From Myxococcales bacterium (GTDB taxonomy: Bacteria > Myxococcota_A > Polyangia > Polyangiales > DASUME01), in contig JASGJH010000001.1 in assembly GCA_047601445.1 (NCBI GenBank), positions 1,760,001-1,824,000 of the forward strand: a stretch of 64,000 bases of DNA, written 5' to 3'. Below are positions 17,968 through 27,523 of the stretch, in pieces. Every line of letters begins with the position of its first letter. Within the stretch, counting starts at the first letter, position 1. Below the pieces are notes generated by a model, which had not been told where the DNA came from, made no database searches, and saw nothing but the letters and a program-made list of their open reading frames with translations. The position numbers were made by a program, and so were the translations under genes.

Positions 17968-19539
17968 ATGCTTGGCGCGTGGCAAAAATCCATCAAAAGC
18001 CTCGTCAAAACGGGCAGTTCTACGCCGGATCCGCGGCCTGGGGAAAAGCCGTCGTCGGTGTACGCGGGAATCGGCCTCTTGTGCGCCGCCGGCGCGCTCG
18101 CGGGCTACCTCTGCGTGCCCGATGCCCAAGCTCATGCGGCCAACCACGTGAGCACGCGGGTCCTTGGGCATGAGCTCCAAGCCGATGCGCGCCCTTCCGC
18201 CACCGCCCTCGCCTTCGCGCGCGAGTTCTTGCGCGCCCCCATCAAGCTCACGGTGGGCCCCTGGGAGTTCTCGACCACGCGCGAGAAGCTGGGGGTCCGC
18301 GTTGACCTGCCCGCCCTCGCGGCCCTGATCCGCACCGCCAGCGATGAGCACTCTGCCTTGCGCCGCGTGCACGCCCAGGAGCGCGGCGACGGCCCGCTCG
18401 ATCTGCCGATCCCCGCGCAGCTCGAGGGCAAGGCCGCCGAGACCTGGCTGTTGCGCCTCAAGGATCAAGTGTTCCAGCGCGCCCGCGACGCTCGCATGGA
18501 CCTCAAGAGCGGCAAGATCATCGAGGAGCAGCGCGGTCTCTCGCTGGACGTGCAGGCTACCCTCGACCTGCTCGCCAGCGCCGTGTTCTCTGGCGCGAGC
18601 GAGATCAAGGCCGCCGTGGTGCACGCCTCCGTGAAACGCACCAAGCGCGAGCTCGAAAACTTGGACTTCGGTCAGGTGCTGGGGACCTTCGAGAGCCGCT
18701 ACAACACGCTGGACTCGGATCGCTCCTACAACCTCCGAGTCGCGGCGCGCCACGTGGACGGCGTGGTGCTGTTTCCCGGCGAGACCTTCGACTTCAACGC
18801 CATCGTCGGTGAACGCAGTGAGGCCAATGGCTTCCGGCCAGCTCCCGTGATCGCGGGCGGCGAGCTCACCGATGGTGTGGGCGGTGGCACCTGCCAGATC
18901 GCCGGGACGCTGCACGCCGCGGTGTTCTTCGCAGGCCTCCCCTTCGTGGAGCGCAATCACCACACGCGCCCGAGCTCGTACCTGAAGCTCGGACTCGACG
19001 CGACCGTGGCCTATCCCAAGCTCAACTTCCGCTTCAAGAATGACCTACCCCAGGCGGTGGCCATCGGTGTCAGCGTCGGCGCCGGCCGCGTGCGCACGGA
19101 GATCCGCGGGGCGCAGGGCACGCAGCGCGAGGTCAGCTTCGTGCGGCGCATCGACGAGGTGAAGCCCTACACCGAGACCACGCGCGAAGACCCGAGCCTG
19201 CCACGTGGGGTCAAGGTGCTGGCGCAGCGTGGCGTGGCGGGTTTCAAGGTCACCTCCTTCCGCCTGGTGCGCGAGCCGGAGACCCAGATCATCGGCCGCG
19301 AGCGCCGCGAAGACACCTACCCTCCCACCACCCAGATTTGGCGCGTGGGCAGCGGTCCCTCGGCGCCGACCGGCTACGTGGCCCCAGCAGGCGATCAGCA
19401 CAGCGAGTACCAGACCGATGAGTACCTGGTGCTGACGATGGGCCCCGGTATCGAGGGCCTCGAAGAAACGGTGAAGCGCGAGGGAAAGACCGGGTTTCAC
19501 GGCTGGACCGCCCGCGAGGGCATGCCCCAGGCTCCGTGA
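17968..19539 (+). CDS. VanW-family protein (membrane anchor, PG-binding-like, VanW and G5-like domains)
   Basis: GETFDFNAIVGERSEANGF…GVGGGTCQ…ERNHH…GLDATV. Confidence 0.9.
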   Translation: MLGAWQKSIKSLVKTGSSTPDPRPGEKPSSVYAGIGLLCAAGALAGYLCVPDAQAHAANHVSTRVLGHELQADARPSATALAFAREFLRAPIKLTVGPWEFSTTREKLGVRVDLPALAALIRTASDEHSALRRVHAQERGDGPLDLPIPAQLEGKAAETWLLRLKDQVFQRARDARMDLKSGKIIEEQRGLSLDVQATLDLLASAVFSGASEIKAAVVHASVKRTKRELENLDFGQVLGTFESRYNTLDSDRSYNLRVAARHVDGVVLFPGETFDFNAIVGERSEANGFRPAPVIAGGELTDGVGGGTCQIAGTLHAAVFFAGLPFVERNHHTRPSSYLKLGLDATVAYPKLNFRFKNDLPQAVAIGVSVGAGRVRTEIRGAQGTQREVSFVRRIDEVKPYTETTREDPSLPRGVKVLAQRGVAGFKVTSFRLVREPETQIIGRERREDTYPPTTQIWRVGSGPSAPTGYVAPAGDQHSEYQTDEYLVLTMGPGIEGLEETVKREGKTGFHGWTAREGMPQAP

Positions 19540-19562
19540 GCGCGTGCTAGCGTGAAGGCCTG

Positions 19563-20759
19563 ATGTCGTCGCTGTCTGGCAAACGAATCGCGGTGGGTGT
19601 GGGCGGTGGAATCGCCGCTTTCAAGGCCGTGCAGCTGGTGCGCGAGCTGATGCGACGTGGCGCCCAGGTCCGCGTGGCGATGACCCCCAGTGCGGCGCGC
19701 TTCGTGGGCCCCGTCACGTTCACGGGGCTCACTGGCACTCCACCGGTGCTCGACCTATGGGACGCGAGCTACGCAGGAGAGGTCCACGTGGAGCTCGCAG
19801 CCTGGGCCGAAGCCATCGTGGTTGCACCCGCCACAGCCAACCTGTTGGCGCGGGCCGCTGCAGGCATGGCCGACGACGCGGTGCTGGCCACGCTGCGCTG
19901 CGCAGACGTGCCGCTCTTGGTGGCGCCCGCCATGCATCACCGCATGTGGAAGTCGAAGGCCACGCAGCGCGCGCTGGGTCTGCTCGAGGACGACGGCTAC
20001 GCGGTGGTGGGCCCGGTGCACGGCAAGCTCGCGAGCGGCGAAGAGGGCTTCGGTCGCATGAGCGAACCCGAGGCCATCGCGGACGCGGTGGAGCAGTTGT
20101 TCGCGCCCCGCGTACAGGACCTGGTGGGGTTGCGCGTGCTGGTCTCGGCGGGCCCCACCGTGGAGGACCTCGATCCGGTGCGTTTCCTGAGTAACCGCTC
20201 CTCGGGTCGCATGGGCTACGCCATCGCGGAGCGCGCCGTGCAGCGCGGGGCCGACGTGGTGCTGGTGAGCGGACCGGTGAATCTCACACCGCCCGCGGGT
20301 TGTCGCGTGGTGCAGGTGCGCTCGGCGCTCGAGATGCATGCCGCGGTGATGGCCGAGCGCGAGCAAGTAGACGCGGTGGTGATGACGGCCGCGGTGGCGG
20401 ACTATCGGGCCGCGGAGATCGGCGGGCAGAAGCTCAAGAAGACCGACGAGCTCACGCTAAAACTGGTAAAAAACCCGGACATTCTGGCCGACCTCGGCGC
20501 GGCGCGCGCGGGGAAGCGGCCGGTGCTGGTGGGCTTCGCGCTCGAGACCCAAAACGTGATCGGCTACGCCCAGGAAAAGCTGCAGAAGAAGAAGGTCGAC
20601 TTGGTGGTGGCCAATCACGCCAACGATGGCCTCGGCGGAGACACCAACCACGCCACCTTCGTGCACGCCGGTGGCGTCGAGGACCAGGGGCTGCTCGACA
20701 AGCGTGCCCTCGCCGACCGGATCTGGAACTGGGTGCGCGACAGGCAGCGTGGTGCCTGA
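19563..20759 (+). CDS. coaBC: Bifunctional phosphopantothenoylcysteine decarboxylase/ligase
   Basis: GGIAAFKA, APATAN, APAM, AGPTVEDLDPVRFLSNRSSGRMG, AAVADY, VGFALET. Confidence 0.97.
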   Translation: MSSLSGKRIAVGVGGGIAAFKAVQLVRELMRRGAQVRVAMTPSAARFVGPVTFTGLTGTPPVLDLWDASYAGEVHVELAAWAEAIVVAPATANLLARAAAGMADDAVLATLRCADVPLLVAPAMHHRMWKSKATQRALGLLEDDGYAVVGPVHGKLASGEEGFGRMSEPEAIADAVEQLFAPRVQDLVGLRVLVSAGPTVEDLDPVRFLSNRSSGRMGYAIAERAVQRGADVVLVSGPVNLTPPAGCRVVQVRSALEMHAAVMAEREQVDAVVMTAAVADYRAAEIGGQKLKKTDELTLKLVKNPDILADLGAARAGKRPVLVGFALETQNVIGYAQEKLQKKKVDLVVANHANDGLGGDTNHATFVHAGGVEDQGLLDKRALADRIWNWVRDRQRGA

Positions 20760-20806
20760 GTGCGCCTAGCCAGCGTGGTGGCTCGCGCGGCTAGCAGAGC
20801 GACGCT

Positions 20807-21865
20807 TCAGAGATAGCGCTGCTCGAACAGCGCGCGCAGATTCGGGTCGTGCCGCAAGAGCTGCAAGGTGAGATCCGCGTGGCCCTCGGCGTAGCCGTTG
20901 CCGATCAGGAGCTCGATGTCCTTGCCCACGCCCTCGGCGCCCAGGGCCGCGCGAGAAAAACTGGTGGTCATGGCGAAGAACACGACGCGCCCGCGCGGGC
21001 GCGCGCACAGGATGGCGCTCATCTCGGTGCCCTCCACGTTCACGCACGAGACCACCAGCTCGAATTCGCGCCCCGCGTTCTGCGCCAGCGCGGCCTGGCG
21101 TAGTGCGAGCGGCGCCCGTGCGTCGGCTTCGATGACACTATCGCAGACTCCGAGCCCTCTGAGCTCGGCCGCGGCCTTGGGGTTGGACTCGATGCCGATC
21201 ACGCGCCCGCCCGAGCCGACCTGGCGGCGCGCTTCACTGACGCACAAGAGGCCGCTCTTGCCCCCGGCTCCGAGCACCAACACGTGATGTCCAGGGCCGG
21301 CGGCGCGGGCGACCAGGGCCGGGGCACCGCAGACGTCGAGCGCGGCGAGGGCCACGCGCTCCGGAATATCACTGGGCAGCACGGCGAATGGTCCCGAGTC
21401 GAACAAGACCGCCTGAGCGCGCACGTCGAGCTGGGCGGAGCTCGGGCGCACGTCTCGAACCTCCTCGATGCGGAGCGGCGTCAGCGTGAGCGACACCAGG
21501 CTGGCGATGCGCTGCCCTACCCTGGCCTGCGAGCTCACCTTCGATCCCACGCGAGCGACGGTTCCGAGCAACATGCCCCCGGAGCCGGTCACGGGATTGT
21601 GCTGCTTGCCGCGGGCGAGCACCGTCTGCTGCACCAACTGGGCTACGCCCCGGGGATCGCCGCCGGACGCTTCCAGCATTTGCCGGAAGCTCGCAGCGTC
21701 CAGGTTGAGCGTATCCACGTCGATCAGGATCTCGCAGTCGAAGGCGCGCGTAAAATCGTTGTCCACCCGCTCGGCCGCCTGAGGCAGCGCCCCCTCGGGC
21801 GCGAGCACCCGGTGGGCACCGAAGCGATCCCCGATCAGCTCGCCGCTCTGCTTAGATGACTCCAT
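20807..21865 (-). CDS. kdd: L-erythro-3,5-diaminohexanoate dehydrogenase
   Basis: LNLDAASF, RGKQHNPVTGSGGMLLG, SLVSLTLTPL, LDVCGAPA, AALGAEGVGKD, GNGYAEGHA. Confidence 0.88.
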   Translation of the reverse strand: MESSKQSGELIGDRFGAHRVLAPEGALPQAAERVDNDFTRAFDCEILIDVDTLNLDAASFRQMLEASGGDPRGVAQLVQQTVLARGKQHNPVTGSGGMLLGTVARVGSKVSSQARVGQRIASLVSLTLTPLRIEEVRDVRPSSAQLDVRAQAVLFDSGPFAVLPSDIPERVALAALDVCGAPALVARAAGPGHHVLVLGAGGKSGLLCVSEARRQVGSGGRVIGIESNPKAAAELRGLGVCDSVIEADARAPLALRQAALAQNAGREFELVVSCVNVEGTEMSAILCARPRGRVVFFAMTTSFSRAALGAEGVGKDIELLIGNGYAEGHADLTLQLLRHDPNLRALFEQRYL

Positions 21866-22457
21866 CCACGGGCCCCGCTCCCTCGCGCACGATCACAGGC
21901 TCACTTCCCGTCAGATCGACAACGGTGGACGACACCACACCACAGGCGCCTGCGTCGAGCACGAGCTCGATTCCCTTGAATCGTTGCACGATCTCGGCCG
22001 GATCGTGGAGCGTTTCCTCGCCCCGATAGCTCGCGCTGGTGGACAGAATCGGCGTCCCCAGGGCCTTAGTGAGCGCCAATGCCACAGGATGATCCGGCAC
22101 GCGGATACCCACGGTCTTGCGCTTGCTCAGCAGCATGCGCGGCACCTCGCGCGTGGCGGGCAGGATGAACGTGTACGGTCCCGGCAGGAGACGCTTCACC
22201 AGACGGTAATGGGTGTTCTCCACCACTGCGTACTTGGCGATGTCGCTCAGGTCGGTACACACGAAGGTGAGCGGCTGCGACTCGTCTTTGCCGGTGAGAT
22301 GGAAGATGCGATCGACGGCCCGCTTGTGACCGAGAGCACAGCCGATGCCGTACACCGTGTCCGTGGGGTAAACGATGACTTCGCCCTGGTTGAGCGCGTC
22401 GACAGCCCGCTGAATCTTCCGAGGCTCGGGATACTGCGGATTGACTTCGATACGCAT
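21852..22457 (-). CDS. Sua5/YciO/YrdC-family protein (threonylcarbamoyl-AMP synthase-like)
   Basis: YPTDTVYGIGC, LPGPYTFIL, KRKTVGIRVP, STVVDL. Confidence 0.92.
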   Translation of the reverse strand: MRIEVNPQYPEPRKIQRAVDALNQGEVIVYPTDTVYGIGCALGHKRAVDRIFHLTGKDESQPLTFVCTDLSDIAKYAVVENTHYRLVKRLLPGPYTFILPATREVPRMLLSKRKTVGIRVPDHPVALALTKALGTPILSTSASYRGEETLHDPAEIVQRFKGIELVLDAGACGVVSSTVVDLTGSEPVIVREGAGPVDGVI

Positions 22458-22492
22458 GACTCGAGCCAGGGTTGAAGGACTACATCGGGAAG

Positions 22493-23392
22493 TTACCCCG
22501 AGTGCGAGTGGAGCATCTTCTTGATGGTGCCATCTTCGAACAGCACGTCGATGGCGCCCTCGGGCGTGACGCGCTTGACCTGCCCGACGCCGAAGCGGGG
22601 ATGCACGAACCAGTCCCCCTCCTTGTAGCGGTGTGCCCGGTCGTAGGGGGTGGCGGTGACGCGCCGGGTGGCTACCTCGGCGGCATCGAGCGTCTCGGGC
22701 AACCTTCCCCGCTTACTCGAGACCGTGGCCATGTTCGGACGCGCCATGCGGCTTCCCGTGAGCGTCTTCTTGGCCGGAGAGGACGAGCCCGCGAGGGCCT
22801 CGCGCACGCTCGGCGGCGGCTCGGGGGCGGTCTGCGCCAGCCGTCCGACCAAGCGACGTGCGCTGGCGGTGACGCCGCTACGTGCGTCACAGACGCGAAC
22901 GATCTCGATGCGCGCCGCACGACTGGACTCGTGATAGCGATGGGCAGCCCGCACGATGGTGGCCAGGCGCTCTTCGGGAGCGACCGCCTTGGGGCCGTCG
23001 CCGAGGGCGCCGAAGCCGATGCTCACCGAGTTGTTGCCGGCGGCGATCTCGAGGCAGCGCAGCACCACCTTCTCGATCACGTCGAGGCCTGGGGCGTCGG
23101 CCTGCTGAGCGTTCTGCTCGGGACCGCGAGTGACGGCCCAGAGCAGATAGTTGCAGTGCAACTTGCCCGGATGAATGCGGACCACCTCACCGATGGGGAG
23201 GTGCCCCCCGCTCTTCTCGCGCTGCTTCTCGAGCGCCTCGCGAAGGCCGGGGCCATAGGCGTCGAGCAAGCTGCGGTCCGGGCCGGGACCGGGCCAGAGC
23301 CTCAAGTCGCTCGCCCCATCGTGCACCAGAACTTCGACGCGTTGAGAGGAAGGGAGCGCGTGAACGCCTGCGTTAGCCCAGAAGATATCCAT
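22493..23392 (-). CDS. Macro-domain-like protein with C-terminal HPxFGxGxV (DUF3553/Tudor-like) domain
   Basis: LPIGEVVRIHPGKLHCNYLLWAV…SVSIGFGALGDG (macro-like). GDWFVHPRFGVGQV…IDVLFEDGTIKKM. Confidence 0.65.
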   Translation of the reverse strand: MDIFWANAGVHALPSSQRVEVLVHDGASDLRLWPGPGPDRSLLDAYGPGLREALEKQREKSGGHLPIGEVVRIHPGKLHCNYLLWAVTRGPEQNAQQADAPGLDVIEKVVLRCLEIAAGNNSVSIGFGALGDGPKAVAPEERLATIVRAAHRYHESSRAARIEIVRVCDARSGVTASARRLVGRLAQTAPEPPPSVREALAGSSSPAKKTLTGSRMARPNMATVSSKRGRLPETLDAAEVATRRVTATPYDRAHRYKEGDWFVHPRFGVGQVKRVTPEGAIDVLFEDGTIKKMLHSHSG

Positions 23393-23512
23393 AACCGCGG
23401 CCGAAGAGCTAGCACGGGAGCGCGCCGCGTGCCGCTGCCCTTGTGAGGTCATTTCAACAGGATGCATCGGACCTTGCGGGACGCGAGCCTTCACGTCAGA
23501 TTGCGCGCCACC

Positions 23513-24007
23513 ATGGGTGGTTCCGAGGCACAGAATCCTTTCATCGTCATCACTGCTGTACTCGACGCCGAAGCCCGCCCAGCGGCGGTCACGCGTTCGC
23601 ACGGCGAAGCTTACGACCGCGCACTCAAGGCCACGAAGGGAAAGGCCATCTCCAACCTGGACTTGGTGGAGCTGCCCATCGATCGCGCGGCCCACGCGGC
23701 GCTCCGCAAACATTTGGGTTTGCCCGAAGAGCAGGCCGGCGTGTACGACGTCTTTCCCCTTTCTCCGACGCTGGCGCCTGCGGTGCGCAAGGCCGCGGGA
23801 CAGTTCCTGGCCGCCGAGAGCCTGTGGTCCCTGGATGCCCAGGGAGTGTTCGGAGATGCGCTCAGCGTGAAACTCGAGCTGCCCGCGGGCTGGGAGAAAG
23901 ATCCCAAGGCCATTCATCAGAAGTTGGTGGAGTCGGGCGCGCTCGAGCTGAGTGAAGACGCGGTCGCCACCTACCGCGCGATCAAAGAAGCCTGGAACGC
24001 AGGCTAG
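23513..24007 (+). CDS. Hypothetical protein
   Basis: Fills the gap between flanking genes, with GC3-rich codon usage and normal composition. Confidence 0.75.
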   Translation: MGGSEAQNPFIVITAVLDAEARPAAVTRSHGEAYDRALKATKGKAISNLDLVELPIDRAAHAALRKHLGLPEEQAGVYDVFPLSPTLAPAVRKAAGQFLAAESLWSLDAQGVFGDALSVKLELPAGWEKDPKAIHQKLVESGALELSEDAVATYRAIKEAWNAG

Positions 24008-24010
24008 CCT

Positions 24011-24697
24011 TCAGCCCGCACGCACGCGCTTGCCGGCTTTGGTCGTGCTCGACTTGGCGGTATGTCGCTCGCGCGCGAGATAGTGTGCGCCGCCCCGCGC
24101 GTAGGGCGTGAGCGTGGCGCGCTCGGAGACCCAGCGGGTGTCGGCCACGGCCAACCGCCAAGGGGCCGCGCGATGCCCTGGATCCGCGAAGTCGATGCCC
24201 ACGCGCGGGCCGACGAGGAAGCGCTCGACGGGCGGTGCATCGAGTAGCTCCACGCCGCCTGCCTCGAACAGCGGGTGCCCGCTGAAGCGCGTGTCGAGCT
24301 TCAGCGCGGAGGCCACCTTGCCGGGCCCCGTGAGCGCCACAGGCCCCGTCTTACCGCCGCGACGCTGGGTGATGAGCTCGAGGCCCGAGACGGGTTCGCA
24401 GGCGCGAATCAACACGCCGGAGCCGTGTCCGTCCACATCGGCCACCACGTTGAACATCTGGTGCATGCCGTAGCAAAGGTACACGTAGGCGCGTCCAGGC
24501 GGCCCCCACATCACGGCGTTGCGCGGCGTGCGCCCGCGGTGGCAGTGGCTGGCCGTGTCGTGGGGGAAGCGATAGGCCTCGAGCTCCGTGATGCGCAGGG
24601 TCACGGAGCCATGGCGCACTAGCTTGCCGAGCAAGCCGAGGGCGACCTCGAGGCACTCGCGCGCGAAGAACGATTCGGGCAACAGCCGCTCGGACAC
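24011..24697 (-). CDS. mpg: DNA-3-methyladenine glycosylase (AAG/MPG family)
   Basis: RITELEAY, GRAYVYLCYGMH, VLIRA, GPGKV, PRVGI. Confidence 0.93.
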   Translation of the reverse strand: MSERLLPESFFARECLEVALGLLGKLVRHGSVTLRITELEAYRFPHDTASHCHRGRTPRNAVMWGPPGRAYVYLCYGMHQMFNVVADVDGHGSGVLIRACEPVSGLELITQRRGGKTGPVALTGPGKVASALKLDTRFSGHPLFEAGGVELLDAPPVERFLVGPRVGIDFADPGHRAAPWRLAVADTRWVSERATLTPYARGGAHYLARERHTAKSSTTKAGKRVRAG

Positions 24698-24731
24698 GAC
24701 GGCACCAGCTTAGCAGCGCGACCAAACGCTT

Positions 24732-24762
24732 GCGGGGGCGCCGTGCTTGACGACGCCCCCGC
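24732..24762 (-). terminator. GC-rich hairpin downstream of tRNA-Glu
   Basis: GCGGGGGCG…CGCCCCCGC inverted repeat. U-tract is weak. Confidence 0.45.
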
Positions 24763-24775
24763 GAAGTTTCGTATC

Positions 24776-24850
24776 TGGTGACCCCAACGAGACTCGAACT
24801 CGTGTTACCGGCGTGAGAGGCCGATGTCCTAACCGCTAGACGATGGGGCC
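24776..24850 (-). tRNA. tRNA-Glu (CTC)
   Basis: GGCCCCA…TGGGGTC-A-CCA, anticodon loop CT-CTC-AC, TTCGAGT. Confidence 0.97.
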
Positions 24851-24871
24851 GGTTTCGCTCTGGTGAGCTAG

Positions 24872-24942
24872 TTCGGGAACAGGGATTCGAACCCCGATAG
24901 CCAGAACCAGAATCTGGCGTCCTACCATTAGACGATTCCCGA
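24872..24942 (-). tRNA. tRNA-Gln (CTG)
   Basis: TCGGGAA/TTCCCGA acceptor (T1-A72), anticodon loop TT-CTG-GT, TTCGAAT. No encoded CCA. Confidence 0.95.
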
Positions 24943-24999
24943 ATCCTCCATTTTTTCAGGAGGATGCCTCGTCCCCCGAACGGCGGCGAAGCGGCCGGA

Positions 25000-25028
25000 T
25001 ATTTAGAGGACGAACCTCGAAGTGTCAA
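25000..25028 (-). promoter_or_regulatory. Sigma70-like promoter of the tRNA-Gln/Glu pair
   Basis: TTGACA-N17-TAAATA on the minus strand. Confidence 0.6.
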
Positions 25029-25029
25029 G

Positions 25030-26424
25030 CTATGGAGGCGATATAGGACGCTGTAAAAGACCGCGGACCGAAACCAAGCGCGTGGCCCAGAAGAATGTCG
25101 CGGCGAGGAGTGGGCCCGTGCAGCCCAGGATCACCAGGAACCACTCGAGCGCACCGCGGGTGGTCCAGACATTCCAGAGCAGGGTCTGGAGCGTTGTGAG
25201 CAGCGCATCGAGGGACGTGAGAGCCACCACGGTTCCGGCCACCCAGGAGCGCCAGCGGCGCACCAGCGAGAACATCAGGCCGATCAGCAGCACGTCGAAG
25301 ATGACCCAAGCCCAGTGCAGCGCGGGTGTCGGAAACCAGCGCGGTCCGTCGACTAATGAGAGGCCGATCGTCCAGGGCACGAGCAAGGCCGCCAGCAGCA
25401 AGGTGGCCAGGCGGCGTTGGTGCACCAGCGTGTTCACGGCGAAGGGCACGAGGCCCCCCGGGGCGAAGGCCGCGAGCACGTCGCGCAAGGCGAGCACGCC
25501 GAGCTCTCCCCGGGGGAAGGCGAGATGCACGGGATCCCAGCGCTGGGGGCGCAGCTTCTCCTTGAAGGCACGCACGCCGGTGAAGTTGTAGAGGCGGTTG
25601 GTGGTGTCGCGCGTCAGCGTCAGCATGCGGCCCAGCTCGCCCGAGAGCGGGGCGAGCCCGAGCGTGGCGTAGTGCGATCCCTCGCTGGCGAAGGCGCTGA
25701 ACAGGGCATCCACCAGGAGCTCGGCCGTCCCGTTGGGGGCATCCGGATCGCGCAGCAGGTCCTCGATGAACCAGCCGCCCTGCGCGTACACCGGGATGGC
25801 CACCGCCAATCCCACCAGCTTGCCGTCCTGCTCGGCGAGCGCGAAGCGGCGCTCCTCGGCGAACTCCCAGGGGTGCACCAGCACCATGAACTTCATTTCG
25901 CCCATGCGCCGCGAGGATAGCCAGCGCGCGATCAGGGATTCACAGCCCTTGCGGGTGGCGCTCTCGGGATCGGCAAGCTCGCTGCTTGACACGAGGCGTG
26001 CGGCGACGCCCTTCTTCTGCGCGCGCTTCAGCTGGTCGCGCAGGCTCCGGTGCTGCGCCACCGTCACGTGCCAGCTCGCGGGATCCCAGATCGGCTGTTC
26101 GCCGATATGAGTCGAGCGCAGCCCGGGGCGTTCGGCGAAGCTCTCACTCACGTGAAAGAAGCGCAGGCGCTTGCCGCGCTCCCGGGCCACGCGCGCGAAC
26201 TCTTCGACCATGGCGTTCATGCGTTCGGGTGCGCAGACGGGCTCGCCCACCGTGACCCATGCGCCGCCGACATCGGCGTAGGCCGCTACCCCCTCTCCGT
26301 CTCCGGCTCCGAAGAAGTAGTACTGGAGACCTGGCTCCAGGATTTGGAAGGAAGTGGCCTCGCGGCCATGGCGCCGGAGCAAGGACAGAATGAGCAGACG
26401 CGTGGCTGAGTGCGTCGGGTTCAC
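25030..26424 (-). CDS. DUF2156 (aminoacyl-phosphatidylglycerol synthase catalytic-like) protein with C-terminal TM helices
   Basis: VGEPVC, DLLRDPDAPNGTAELL, TLGLAPL, YNFTGVRAFKEKLRP.W.P. About four hydrophobic helices at the C-terminus. Confidence 0.85.
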   Translation of the reverse strand: MNPTHSATRLLILSLLRRHGREATSFQILEPGLQYYFFGAGDGEGVAAYADVGGAWVTVGEPVCAPERMNAMVEEFARVARERGKRLRFFHVSESFAERPGLRSTHIGEQPIWDPASWHVTVAQHRSLRDQLKRAQKKGVAARLVSSSELADPESATRKGCESLIARWLSSRRMGEMKFMVLVHPWEFAEERRFALAEQDGKLVGLAVAIPVYAQGGWFIEDLLRDPDAPNGTAELLVDALFSAFASEGSHYATLGLAPLSGELGRMLTLTRDTTNRLYNFTGVRAFKEKLRPQRWDPVHLAFPRGELGVLALRDVLAAFAPGGLVPFAVNTLVHQRRLATLLLAALLVPWTIGLSLVDGPRWFPTPALHWAWVIFDVLLIGLMFSLVRRWRSWVAGTVVALTSLDALLTTLQTLLWNVWTTRGALEWFLVILGCTGPLLAATFFWATRLVSVRGLLQRPISPP

Positions 26425-26503
26425 GGGCCTGTTGTGAAGGCGGAAGCCGAGGCGCGCCAGAGGCAGGGTGCCGCGTATGGCCCACCCGCACTACGCTTGG
26501 GCC

Positions 26504-27502
26504 ATGACCCGCGTTCGACGCGTGCTGTGGTGGGTGCTTCTGGGGTGGAGCTCGACGGTGACCGCGTGGGCCGAGCCCAGTGCGAGCGAACGGCGCCTGC
26601 TCGAGCGCGTGGACCAGGAGCTCGCGCGGGGAGAATCGAAGCGTGCTCTGCGTCAGATCGCGCGGGTCATCACGGGCAAACAGGGGGCATCGCCCGAACT
26701 CTGGCTGCGCTACGCCGAACTACGCGCGGCCTGCGCGAGCGACAAGCCCATCCGGCTGAGCGCATCGGACATCTCGACCTCGGCACGCGTGTGGGAGCAA
26801 CTGCCAGCGCTGCTCGAGGGTCAGTCGCTCGACGAGAACCGCGCGCTCCGCCTGACGCTCTTGCACTGGGGCGTGTTCTTGGCCGCATCCGATGCCGCTC
26901 CCAAGGCGCTCGAGGTGATGGAACCGGGGCTGCGGCGTGGCGAGGTCGCATCGGTGGATTGCCTGCGCCAGGTGGCAGCCCAGGCGGTGGCGCACCAACG
27001 CCTGAACGATGCCCACGCGGCGCTCTCGCGTGCGCGCGCGCTGATGCCCGAGCACCACCAGCTGCCCCGTGAGCTCGGTCTGGTCCTCCTGGCGCAGGGA
27101 CGTGCGGACGCCAGCATCCCTGAGTTCGAGGCCGCGCTCGAGGCCGAACCCCAGAGCTTGGAGGTGCGCCGCGACCTGGCCTATGCACTGGCCAGCGCGG
27201 GCCGCGCACAGGAGGGCTTCGCCGCCCTGGCCGGAGACGCCGCGCGCTGTCGCGAAGCCCCCGGTTGCCTGCTCGAGCTGACACGCTGGGGCTTCGAAGC
27301 CGGTCGACTCGACGAAGCGCGGGAACACGCGCGCGCGCTCACCCAGGCCGATCCGCGCAACGTGGACGCGTGGCTATTGCTCGGGGAGATCACGAGCCAG
27401 AAGCGCGACCTCGAGGAGGCCAAGCGCGCCTATAGCGAGGTGCTCAAGCTGGCCCCGAATCAGGTGCGCGCGCGCGAGGCGCTCAAGGGACTCTCGCCCT
27501 GA
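26504..27502 (+). CDS. Secreted tetratricopeptide-repeat protein
   Basis: Signal peptide ending TAWA. TPR patterns (LGLVLLAQGR..ASI..FEAAL, AWLLLGEI…AY..VLKLAP). Confidence 0.8.
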   Translation: MTRVRRVLWWVLLGWSSTVTAWAEPSASERRLLERVDQELARGESKRALRQIARVITGKQGASPELWLRYAELRAACASDKPIRLSASDISTSARVWEQLPALLEGQSLDENRALRLTLLHWGVFLAASDAAPKALEVMEPGLRRGEVASVDCLRQVAAQAVAHQRLNDAHAALSRARALMPEHHQLPRELGLVLLAQGRADASIPEFEAALEAEPQSLEVRRDLAYALASAGRAQEGFAALAGDAARCREAPGCLLELTRWGFEAGRLDEAREHARALTQADPRNVDAWLLLGEITSQKRDLEEAKRAYSEVLKLAPNQVRAREALKGLSP

Positions 27503-27523
27503 ACGCAGCGCAGGGCGAGAGCG

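Noticed and set aside
17968..19539. Vancomycin resistance locus
   Set aside because: VanW-family genes are widespread, and no vanHAX/vanRS is present.
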